Shown: positions 10,491 to 20,904 of the stretch, piece after piece
Layout: each line of letters begins with the position of its first letter
How positions within the stretch are numbered: the first letter of the stretch is position 1
NCBI GenBank assembly: GCA_013265495.1
Contig: MU058844.1
Span: forward strand, 1,866,941 to 1,898,999
DNA from: Vicugna vicugna
Taxonomy: Eukaryota
Direction: 5' to 3'
Length of the DNA stretch: 32,059 nt
Translations under genes and position numbers: made by a program
Notes under the pieces: generated by a model
What the model was told of the DNA's origin: nothing
Databases searched by the model: none
The model's input: only the letters and a program-made list of their open reading frames with translations

Positions 10491-11744
10491 CTGATTAAAG
10501 AGCACTACAGGCATCTTACATACCAGAGGTGCAGATGGCAGAGTTTATAAAATCTTCTGGAATGTTTGGAGCCTGTTTTGCATTCTTATCTGAATAGAAA
10601 GCCATATAATTTCCAGAAAGCATAATGGTAGGACACAAGAGGGTAGGTATGTGTCTGTGTGTGGGCAGGGTGGGGAGATTTGAGGAGGAAGTAGGAAAGG
10701 GGGAGTATAATGGGACCATCAAATCTGCTCAACTATTTCTATAAAACACTCATTAGATATCTGAGAGTTCTACACTTCAAAGTATGGAAGAGAAAATTAC
10801 ATTTTGAAATACCGCTTGTATTATATAACTTAAAAGAATACAAATTAGCAATTTATTGCTTTGACCAGAAAACTACAACAGAGTGACCCTGAAGTAACAG
10901 AATAGCTGCTTCTGGGAAAAAGAAAAAAAAAAAACTCTTTTATTAGGAATAAGCAAATACATTTAATTGGGCTGAATATACTTTAGCAAGAATAAAGACT
11001 TGTGATTCATAGATTCTCTTTTCTTTTGTCCTTTTTTAGTAATAAGTGTTAGATCGATGCTTTAAAATTCGTGTAACTCCTGCACATACAAGTTTTCTTT
11101 TACTCCCTCTCTTCCTTTCTTCTTTCCTTAGTATCTAGTACACTAGGCATGATGCTTGGCAAGCAGTTCCTTTATGAACAAAGCCAGGCATGACCCTTTG
11201 TCCTCACTGGAGCTTATCATTTCTGCCTTTTATAGTACTTATTCATTTGCATTACCTTTAACAGTTTTATCCTAGCCCACTGAGCAAAGGGTAACAGAGT
11301 AGATGCAGGTGTCCTTTTATGGCAACAAAATCAATAGGTATGGCTGAGCCCTCCCCACCATAATCCCTTCCATTCCCAACAGTTACTTCTAGACACCCAC
11401 AGAATTCCACAGGGCTCATGAATGCTCTGTGTTACTCTAGTTTCTGAGCCCCACCCACCTCCTATACTCCTCTCTCTTAAGTTAATCCCAACTGCTAAGG
11501 GAACCAGCAGCCTTAAAATGCAAACTCTTTTGGGAGGATTATTTTATTTATTTCTGTATTTAAATATAAGTTGCCTAACAAATGGGAAAAGCCATTAGTT
11601 TAATCACCTAGGTCTAAAACACAGAGGTAGAATTCTAGTTATTCATACCAATAGTTCACCATCTCTATCCATCCTCCCCACAAAACATTCCAGGTGCACA
11701 GCAAGGGCAGTCTCTTCTGCCCTTGAGAAGGTAGAAGACCTTAC

Positions 11745-11928
11745 ATCATAATGTATTTAAATTAAGTTGTTACAGTTGTTCCTGATTCTTGTTCTGAAAC
11801 CCCAAAGCCTTCCTATGAGTGTGTGATCTATGACATCACCTCAAACATTCCTAGGACCTATGTTCTACTACTTTCTGTACAAGGCCACCTATACGTTCCG
11901 TTGGCAGAGTCAAATTTTGTACGTTTTC
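11745..11928 (-). pseudogene. USPL1-like relic exon (N-terminal Cys domain)
   Basis: Acceptor ccttaagcAG| at 11929/11928 and donor GAT|GTAAGG at 11745/11744. GKRTKFDSANGTYRWPCTES....VL (FDSA 11903-11914) vs GKNFDSAKVPSDEYCPAC....KL. Confidence 0.6.
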
Positions 11929-12481
11929 CTGCTTAAGGCATAGTAAACTTTTGGGTGATAATTAAAATCTCACGCAATCTTAAAAAAGAAGCCAGTGGGA
12001 GGTAAAGTAGAAGCTAGTGTCCCTCAATCCGGGACTTTCTAACTAATGAGGTGAAAATATCTGCTAATGCCTGAACTCATAAAGACTGAATTATTTTCTG
12101 GGAGAAATTTGGTTTGTTTGGGAAAAGATACCTTTAAAAGCGCTTGAGGAAAATGTTTGTTTCCTATAATTATGGATTAATTCACGACAATCCTCCCATT
12201 GAGGAAATACTAGAAAGCCCAAAGGAAAAAATGAACAGAAGAATCTGCCTAAATGTTTAGAAGAACTAAACAGTTATTGACAGGCGAAAGCTGTCCCTGG
12301 GACAGAAGGTGTCGACAACCGATAGACAGCCAAAGGCGAATTCACGAGTCACGATTTTAAGATTTAATTCTTATAAATGTTTTTTCCCTTATAATCTGAA
12401 AGGAAAATATGGCATGAAATTTTCCCTTCCTCTCCTGAGAGGAAGATTTTAATGAGAGCTGATTTTAATGAGAATTCTTAC

Positions 12482-12571
12482 CCTTCGCCGGCTTCGGCCA
12501 GTTTGCTCAGGATTCTGCAGGCTGCGGAGCAGGTGGGGTGTCCCAGCGGGTCTCATCCTGGTCGCGAGAAA
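12482..12571 (-). other. Candidate 90-nt internal exon (exon 2 of a minus-strand transcript)
   Basis: Acceptor tatttttcctcctcttcAG| and donor AGG|GTAAGA are both near consensus, and the length is a multiple of 3. Confidence 0.6.
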
Positions 12572-12769
12572 CTGAAGAGGAGGAAAAATAATTTTCCCTC
12601 GACCCTTTACTGTGCGTGCTTGGCAGAGACCCCGTGTTCTCTAGGGCGCCTCGGAAATGGAAAAGTTTATCCAGGTTAAAAGTTGTCCGCTGTGGCCGCT
12701 GTACTTAAAAATTATTTTGGATAAGATTATCCTGTTTGTCCGGCCTTAAAGTTTTATGCACCAAGCCCT

Positions 12770-12810
12770 CACGCTGGGACACGCTGGGTCACGCTGGGTC
12801 ACGCTGGGTC
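12770..12810. repeat. 10-bp tandem repeat CACGCTGGG(A/T) x4
   Basis: cacgctggga cacgctgggt cacgctgggt cacgctgggt c. Confidence 0.95.
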
Positions 12811-12818
12811 CAGCTTAC

Positions 12819-13132
12819 GTCGGACGCAGCCTGACCCGGAACCAGTCCTGGTTCTAACTTGTTCACGGTCCGACCCTCCACCCGGTCCTGTTTCGGAGTC
12901 GGACTCAGCCCAACCTTATACCAGGTCTGGTTTCTAATTCGGACCCATTCCAGCTTCGGCTGTTTCCAGACCAAGTCTGGAAAAGAAATGGTCGAATAAA
13001 GTCTGAGCGCTCCTAAGGCAAAAGCTGTGGTCGCCCCCAGCTCCTTCGGAGGCGGCGGCAAGAAGGCAGTGAGCCCAGGGGCTCAGCAGGTACGTCGTCT
13101 GGTTGTTCCTGGGCCTTGGCGTCTGCTTCCAT
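12819..13132 (-). other. Candidate first exon of the minus-strand transcript (frameshifted coding remnant)
   Basis: ATG at 13132-13130 in strong context (GGAATGG), giving MEADAKAQEQPDDVPAEPLGSL...; donor GAC|GTAAGC at 12819/12818. The TSS is not determinable. Confidence 0.5.
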
Positions 13133-13182
13133 TCCCTCTTCTTAATAAGTGTAGCTAAGTTACTCACTGTTCCTAACGGAAC

Positions 13183-13574
13183 TGTTAAAAGATAAACTGA
13201 GGCATGCTAAATATTTTAAGAGTTTATTTGAGCAAAAATCAATTTGAGTCAGGCAGCATCCAATCTAGCAGGCAAAAATGAGCCCCGGGGAGCTGTTCAA
13301 AATGAGAGACTTTTATGGGCAGAAGGGAGCGGGGACAACGAAAATAAATGAGGCAAAGAAGTGGTTGTTTATTGCAAAGTGATTTTCCTTTAAGGGACGA
13401 CAGCAGGGTCTATCAGGCAGATTACCACTAGTGCTGATCAGGTGGTTCCTGACTTACTGGTTTAAGGTTACATTTCTGGAACAACCAAAACTGTAAGTTA
13501 AATCTCTGTTTGGTGACAAGGGGCTTAGCATAAGCAGCTCCATTTTGGGCCTATTGTCTTTTTTTTTTAAAACA
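13183..13574 (-). mobile_element. Solo ERV1-type LTR (MER4/MER41-group-like)
   Basis: TG...CA termini (tgttaaaag...aaaaca), antisense polyA signal tttatt near the left end, and cttttat TATA-like element. No adjacent PBS seen. Confidence 0.7.
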
Positions 13575-15250
13575 AAATGTGTAAGGCTTATTAATATAGT
13601 ATGATACTGGTGCAAAAAATATATAAACTGACCAAAGGGGGTAAAAAAAGAATCCAAAAACACAGTCATACATATTTGGACACTTGATTTGTTACAAAGC
13701 TAACGTTACATGGCTCTTTTCAATAAATGCTGCTGAAGCCTTTAGATAACTGTATTTTTAAAAATTAGCACTTACGGCACTGACAAAAATTTATTTCAGG
13801 TGTATTTAGATTTCTTAATGTGAAAGGCAAAATAATAATGCTTCTAGAAACACACCTGAGAAAATACTTTAAAGGTCTGGAGAGAAAATTTTTTTGCACA
13901 GTGATACTGTGCTTTATAATAAGAAACATATGTATTGGTTTTCCGCTAGTCCCTGGCACATAGCTCCCCAAACCCTTGTAATTTCCTAGGTGATTAGTGC
14001 AATACGGGTGTCTTTTGTTAAAATATTTGGTATTCGTTCTTAGTTCCTGAGATGTCTTCAGAGAGATTACGATGAAAGGAACATCTTTTATTATTCTTAA
14101 CACGCCGCTTTCCACCACCCCTGAGTTTATGTGATTCAGGTGACTTTTGGAAGGCCTCTAAGGATATGGACTGGTTACCAGAGAATCAAACATGATTAGA
14201 GGATTGGAACTTTCAGTCTTTCCCTCCACCCTTCCACCTCCCAAAAGTGGAGAGGGGCTGGAAATTGAATTTAATCACCAATGGTCAATGATATACTCAA
14301 TCATGCATATGTAATGAACTCTCCATAAAAATCCCAAAGCATGGGGTGTGCTGAGCTTCTGGGTTGGTGGACATGTGGAGGTGCTGGGAGAGTAGTCTGC
14401 CCAAAGAGGGCATGGAACCTCTTCCTGCATACCTTGCCACGTGCACCTTTTTCATCTGGCTGTTCCTGAGTTATATCCTTTTATCATAAACCAGTAATTA
14501 GTAAATAAGATGTTTTTGTGAGTTCTTTGAGCCAGTGCAGCAAATTAATCTAACTCAAGGAGAGGGCTGTGGGAACCTCCCATTGATAGCCAGTGGGTCA
14601 GAAGCGCAGGTAACAACCTGTACTTGCAGTTGGCATCTCAAGTGAGAGCAAGATCAGTCTTGTAGGACTGAATCCTTAACATGTGGAATGTGACTCTATT
14701 TCTGAATAGACAGAACCAGAATTTGAGTTAAATTCTAGGACAATCAGCTGGTTTTGCCAAATTGTCTGGTGTGAGAACCCCGCCCCCTCCCAAACATACA
14801 TACATCTGGTAACTGGAGTACAGCAGTGTTCAGAGTGTTGTGTGTAGTGTAAAGAAAAACAAGTGTGTGTGTTTTTGCAAATATAGAAATAATAATAGAA
14901 GAAAATAGTTTCAATTGTTCATTAAAATTAAGGGTTTCAACTTAATAAATATATTATTTAGAAAGCAAAGCTATACCCAGGAGCAGGAGAAAATATTGCA
15001 AAATATATAGCTATATATTTGGGAGTCATAAAGAACCACTACACATCAACAGGAGAAAGATAACCAAATGGAAAAAAATGCAAGTGTTGAACAAATACTT
15101 TAGGAGAGACTATAATAAAATAAGCAGATAAAAAGGAGCTCAATTTCTTTAGTAGTCAAGGAAATGCAAATTAAGCCATAATGAAATACAAACCCACCAG
15201 AAAGGCTAAATTTGAAGTATGACAATTCCAAATGTTGGCAAAAGTAGATT
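13575..15250 (+). mobile_element. Old L1 ORF2 3' fragment, split by a MER21 insertion
   Basis: gtatgatactggtgcaaaaa, caataaatgctgctg and gaaatgcaaattaagccataatgaaatac are degenerate L1 ORF2 motifs on both sides of the LTR. Confidence 0.75.
13902..14879 (+). mobile_element. MER21-family LTR (MER21B-like)
   Basis: catgattagaggattggaactttcag, ggagaggggctggaaattga, aatcaccaatggtcaatgat, gagcttctgggttggtggacatgtggaggtgctgggag are hallmark MER21 blocks. Confidence 0.85.
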
Positions 15251-16133
15251 CACTTAGAGGATAAGCCTGAGTGTGTTGTTCTTTGTTGCCTCTTGCTGAA
15301 GGCAAATATGATACTGTCTCCACATATCAATCTGTTTTTGAGTCTAATGGCCAAGCCCTGATCTTTCAGTAGTTTTCTAGCAGACATATTTTTTAATAGA
15401 CAAGTTATTAACACAGGATATTTATTCCATAACCATGATTGTGATTTCACCTAAATTCTGTGCAAATCTTATCTTATGAACAACTCTACATTTATTTGAT
15501 TTTTTTTTTGTTCGTTTGCTTCTTTCTGGCTCCCATTAGACTTAATGAAACTAGAGGCAGAGTTTCCAGATTGCTCCATAATGGTTTTAGTCTGACAATT
15601 TGTTGTTACATAGTTAGATGAAAGGCACATCCCACAAATACAATTTGTGTAGAGTAGAGAAATTTTCACTTAACCTTTTTATCCCCACAATCTCATTAGA
15701 CAGTAACATTCAACAGAATATTGAATGTCCATTTCCTTTTCCTTCTTAGGATGGGTACAAGTAAAGAAAAATGGATTATTCAGTAATCAGTGACATTAAT
15801 TTTTGATTAGAGGTATTAATGTGATTCCCCCCAGGTTTATTCTACAGATGGTCATTTAGCATTGTTATTGCATATCTGCTAGCTCAGCTCAATAAACATG
15901 TATTAACTGATGACTTGTATGGTTTTAAAAATAGCAAAAAGGGCAGTTTGATCCTTCTCTTTTAGGAAACCACATGAAAATATGAGAATGAGAGGCATAA
16001 ATACAAATGGATTCTCTAAAGAAACTAGAGAGAGATGGGATTTATTAATTATATAAAATGTTATAAAAATCTCATTATAATGTATTTCATATTATTATTA
16101 TGAGTATGAGTGCTTATGTATTGAATGCCTTAT

Positions 16134-17000
16134 ATGCTCCAGTGCTGTCACATAACAGTAAACAAGAGAACCATGCAAAATATGTGAAAGGACTGCTAAA
16201 ATTAGTGACTATCATAAAGAAAAGTGAAGGTTTCCAAGAGGTAACATCCATGACTGAAGATTTCAGAAAAAGCTGCTTCATTCACCAAATTAAATAGCCT
16301 GAAGTTAGACTGGGGAGAAATCTGACAACTCATAGTTTGGACCCAGCTTGGCCTGAAAACTTAAGGAGCAAGGGAAGATTGAGCTAAATGCAGGATTATG
16401 GACAGACAAATCATATCTGCAGGAAAACAGCCCTTCAGAAAGGCAGGATGGAGGAGAGGAATGATGTATGGTGAGCATCCTTGCAGTACCAGTTTTGGTT
16501 GGCTCAGAGAATCGAAAACTAAATAATTTGAACATATAATCCTGGAATATATGGACAATTATTGATAGCCATGGATGTGTTGCTGGCTCTTCCATTACAC
16601 AAACTACCTGGAAACAGTTGGTTTGGGAAGGATGTACCTATTTGTAAAATGACTCATGTCATTAAAGAACAATTTGGAATCTCTCAGAAATGGTTTGCAA
16701 CAGTGATTCAAGCTGTTTCTAGTTTTCTAAAGCAGCATTGATAATGTTCCTAGCAGCAACTTCAAGTGTCATGTATCATTGGTATCAAAGGGACCAGCAG
16801 TAGCATCTCCACTGAGATAGGTCTGCAGTGGTGTCCTCACGGAAGCAGTTCTTCATGATTTTTGAAGCTATTCCTAGCAGTATATCCCTCATCCCTACTC
16901 CTGTGTCCCCTCAAATTCTGTGAGTCATTCATGTGCTTTAATACATTCCATTTCTCTTAAATTAGACAAAAATAGCCCTTGTATGGGGTTTTGGAGTATG
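16134..17000 (+). mobile_element. Ancient LTR (LTR78/LTR79-like)
   Basis: Starts tgctccagtgctg and ends with aattctgtgag...tttaatacattccatttctcttaaattagac, resembling an old LTR polyA/U5 region. Confidence 0.45.
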
Positions 17001-17066
17001 GTTAGGTTAAGTCCAACTCCTGATTTATTTATGTTTGTACCTGTAAAGTGTAAATGTAACTGGAAG

Positions 17067-17067
<1 letters not shown>

Positions 17068-17108
<41 letters not shown>
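17068..17108. repeat. (AC)~20 microsatellite
   Basis: Perfect AC dinucleotide run. Confidence 0.98.
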
Positions 17109-17111
<3 letters not shown>

Positions 17112-17349
17112 CTTGGTCACACTTGAAATGTATCACCTCAATTATGCCCCTAATAGTGGGAGCAATTCTGATTTACAGTGGATAAATCATAATTGATTGA
17201 AATAATTTCATATTATGAGACCTATAGGTTGTTCCCAATTTTTTACCAATAGAAAAATTGCTGTTATAGATTATCCAGGTAGCTGAATCGTTGACACATT
17301 CATAATTATTTCCTTTGATTAATTTATTTTCTAGAAGTAGAGTTCTGAT

Positions 17350-19035
17350 TCCAGTTATGAAGAAGTGAATTATAACAGACTAACTTTTCTGTTACAGTTA
17401 TTAAAGCTGATCAAGATGTAAAATACAACTGTTTGAAAACACTGGAATATAAGCAAACTAGTTAGGCACACGAGAGACTACAACCATTATAAGAATGAAA
17501 GGACTTCAAGTGAGTTCTAAATTTAGCTAGGTTCTCTTTGAAGGGTACCTAGAAATTTTCTGCTATGTGAGGGAATAGAGCCCAAGCAGAAAGCAAGAGT
17601 CTTATAGGACTAAGGAGACAGAAATCAGAGTTTAAGACTAGGAAAGATGGTACAAATAGAATGGCGATATCCCAAAGTATCTCAAGCTGGATACTTCAGA
17701 GAAGTGCAAAAATCTCATCCTGATTTTCTTCAAGATATTGATGGACTCCTAATTATGCACGCAAGAAAACCAATGGAAAGCAGCAGCTGGGAGGAAAAAA
17801 AAAACAGAGCAGATTTCAATATCTGCCTGCTTCTAAGGAACAAGATTGAAGTTCAAGTTCCACGAAATCAGAAGGACTTACTAAATACCCAGACAGAATG
17901 ATAAGAACAAAATGAAAACTTAACAATCTTTAAAAAATAAAATTAAAAAACTAAAGTCAACTCCAGAAAGGATTGAGGTGAACTTCTAACACTCTATCTG
18001 CCTTCCACCAAAAAAAAAAAAAAAGAATGTCTTTAGAAGAAGATATGTTATTCACAGACTATATAATTTTTAACATACCATTTCAGATATCAAACTAAAA
18101 ATTAAAGGCATGTTAAAATATAGGACCAATTGAACAAAACCAAGAAAAAAACAGCAATTGAAATAGATCCATGGGTGAATCAGATATTGGAGTTACCAGA
18201 GTTTTTAAAATAACACAATTGATATAATTCAAGAAAACAGAGGAAAGAACGGGAAACTTCAGTAGACACCTAGAATCCACACACACACAACCTGCCAAAT
18301 GGAAATTCTACATCTAAAAAATATGACTAAGATGAAAAGTTTATCAGAGAAGTTTATTAGCAGATTAGAAATAGCCAAAAAAGAAAAGAATTAGTAAATC
18401 AGATCATAGAGCAGTAGAGAGAATTCATAGCAATGCACAAAGAGAAAAAACATACAGTAAACGGCATACGAGACATCTAATCAGAGAGGCAATAGTTGAA
18501 GAAATGGTGGCTGAGGATTTCCTAGACATGAATAGATAACAAGCCGCAGATTCAAGAAGGTCTACAAACCCCACAAAGTATAAATAGAAAGAAAACTATA
18601 CTTAGGAACAGCCTAGTCAAACTACTGAAAACCAAAGATACAGTGTAATCTTTAAAGTGAAAAGGTACAAGCTTCTAGTTTTAAGATAAATAAGTACTAG
18701 GGATGTAATGTATAATATGATAAATGTAATTAACACTGCTGTATGTCATATATGAAAGTTAAGAGGGTAATCCTAAAAGTTCTCAAGAATTTTTTTCTAT
18801 TTCTTTAATTTTGTATCTACATAATGGATGTTCACTAAACTTACTATGATAATCATCTCATGATGTATGTAAGTCAAATCATTATGCAATACACCTTAAA
18901 CTTACATAGTACCATATGTCAATTATATCTTGATAAAAGTGGAAGAAAAACAAACACCCTCCCCAAAACAAAGATAGCGAAATCTTAAAAGGTTACCAGA
19001 AGGAGGGGAAAAAAAGTTCAAGTGCAATTACAGAG
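17350..19035 (+). mobile_element. Old L1 5' region / ORF1 remnant with a nested L1 3' end
   Basis: cagattcaagaagg...aaacccca...tagtcaaactactgaaaaccaaagat is the ORF1 QIQE..TP...IVKLLKTKD region, on an A-rich sense strand. Confidence 0.75.
18658..18960 (+). mobile_element. 5'-truncated L1 3' UTR (L1MA-like), nested
   Basis: aaaggtacaagcttctagttttaagataaataagtactagggatgtaatgtataatatg...caccttaaacttacatagt...tgtcaattatatcttgataaa. Confidence 0.85.
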
Positions 19036-19959
19036 TCAAAAATTTGAGATTTTGGTGTGAACTGTCAATCTCCTCTCCAGAAATTGTGCATTTCCCCCCC
19101 TCATCTTTGAAAATAGCCACAAATGTTGGTATGACTTTGGCATTCTAAGTAGAAGAATCTTTAAACCTCTTTCATTTTTAATCTGTTGTAGTTTCTGAAT
19201 GATAAACTTTGTTGAAGTTTTGGAAAGATTTAACATTTCTGAAACTGTTCATGAGCTTTGGTCTTTTTTTGAATTACTTAAAGTACAGTTTATAATTTAG
19301 ATATTACTAAGACAGTGTTCCCATGCATACTTGTGCCAAATTTCACCCGCACATATGCACATAAGGTTGATTTTATAGGTTTCCAATATTCACTTTTTTG
19401 AATCTCAGGTAACAAAATTGTGGGAGTCCTTACTGTTTCATTACTTATATATTGTTTTTTTTAAATTGAGTTTCACTCATAAAGTCGTTCATATATTACA
19501 GTTAGTTTCCTAAGTAATTTTGATTTTATTGCAGTTCTTGGTTTCGTAACATGCCTTCAGGTGTCCTTGAAAGAAGTGCTTTCATCTCTGTGAATTCAAA
19601 TGCCTTCCTTTGGCTTCCGTGGGCAGCAATTATGATGTCTTGTATCAGCTGGTCTCTTTATATGGTGATCCCTATGAAGCTGAGATGCAAGGATTCTACC
19701 CCAGTGATTTAGGTCTGGCCTCATTCCAAGTCTTAATTGATGGAGACTTTGTCCTGTATTTAGTATTCAGCACAGAGCAAAGCATTTCTCATGAAATGGT
19801 TCCAGGGAATGAAAATGCCCTAGTTATTTCAAGCCTCACCTCACAGCAAAGTGGAATTACCTTCTGGACCAGACCTGAGGCTCTGTGCCATGGTGATCAC
19901 TTTCTCTTACCAAAGTAATTTCTTAAAATATGAACTAGACTCACTTTGAAAATATACAA

Positions 19960-20205
19960 TTCTATTAAATATATACAATAAAGTGAAAAGACAGGGTACA
20001 AAATGTTTTGTGCTCACACAGTTGTAAACAAAAAAATTAACAAAGCATATGAAAAAAAGCCTGGAAGAAACTTCACCAAAATAATAATAATGGTAGTTTG
20101 AGTACTGGGATAATAGGCAATTATTTTTCTTTTTACCGTTTCACATATTTCCTAGATTGTAGCTATATTACTTCTATAATTAAACAATAAATTTCTTTTA
20201 AAAAT
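19960..20205 (+). mobile_element. L1ME-type 3' end
   Basis: ctggaagaaacttcaccaaaata...tgggataataggcaattatttttctt...tattacttctataatt. Confidence 0.6.
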
Positions 20206-20904
20206 AATGTTAAAATAACTCTCTGATAAAGATTTTGATAACCTACTTTTATAACCTCCTCTCTTTAGCAGTAGACTTGGAATTTTAACACTGGAATGTC
20301 ATAATTAAGATCATAACATGTTAATAACCCACTGGAGTTCTTAACATTATGGTTTGCTTATTTTATAATACACTTCTTTTTAGCACCTGTACAATTCAAA
20401 CCTTTTAATTACATTTTGCATCACTGTCAGGCAAAGTAATTGCAAGCAAGTTTTTGTATATGCATTTTTCTTAAGCTTGACTTATTATAGCAATGCAAAT
20501 GTAGTGGGAACATTGCATTTAACCAACTAGGAAAACAAAGTAGTAATTGTGATTTCACTCTCAGTCATCAGAAATAGAATTTTCAAGTCATCTTTTTTAT
20601 CTTACAGATGCCTTAACTGCCAAAAGTAAGATTAATTTATGAAAAGTATGTGAAGAAGTCACATACTCTCTAGCAGATCTTCTAGACTACAAATAGGAAA
20701 AAATGTGAAAATTAAAAACGAGTATGAAATATTTTTCCTTGTACACGTCTTATTTGACTACAAAATAGCCTTGAATTTCTTGAGAGAATTCCATCCTCCT
20801 TCTATATCGAGGTTGCAAAGAAATTGAGCAGAATACACATACTGTGTGCTACCTATTCTTTGGCATTTTCAACTTACAGCCTAGAAATATCAGATTGAAA
20901 AGCT

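Larger units (their letters stand above)
5616..11928 (-). pseudogene. Decayed USPL1-like (SUMO isopeptidase, peptidase C98) paralogue, overall span, interrupted by L1, L2 and MIR
   Basis: Co-linear motif series on the minus strand, compared with recalled human USPL1: FDSA-x7-C; *L..VLS..LK; KYNQDTTLL; GETVNSPIHV*PQLL; WDF; QI..HFV; WL..DYL; W..GDSFL; LHTL; ENG..FR....G; LES; EF....A...L..EY. Multiple stops and frameshifts. Confidence 0.72.
12470..13135. promoter_or_regulatory. CpG island / probable promoter with 5' exons
   Basis: Sharp rise in GC and CpG in an otherwise CpG-depleted window, not matching a recognisable TE, with splice donors on both strands. Confidence 0.75.

Noticed and set aside
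10700..10890. Match to USPL1 CIYPLG exon start (acceptor at 10775/10774, then CRTLRYLMS)
   Set aside because: The position and phase fit, but similarity is too weak and two alternative alignments are possible, so it is not listed as a feature.
5616..11928. The functional USPL1 orthologue
   Set aside because: It has many stops and frameshifts, very low identity and ancient TE insertions, so no gene symbol was assigned.
12770..12984. CRISPR-like array
   Set aside because: Mammalian context, no unique spacers and no cas genes. These are tandem repeats.
5616..13135. Identification as the X-inactivation centre Jpx/'Uspl' relic
   Set aside because: As I recall, that 'Uspl' is a USP12/USP46-like gene rather than USPL1, and no Xist, Jpx or Ftx sequence is recognisable here.
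15250..15670. Two adjacent 66-aa minus-strand ORFs as exons
   Set aside because: No recognisable homology and weak splice signals. The segment remains unexplained.
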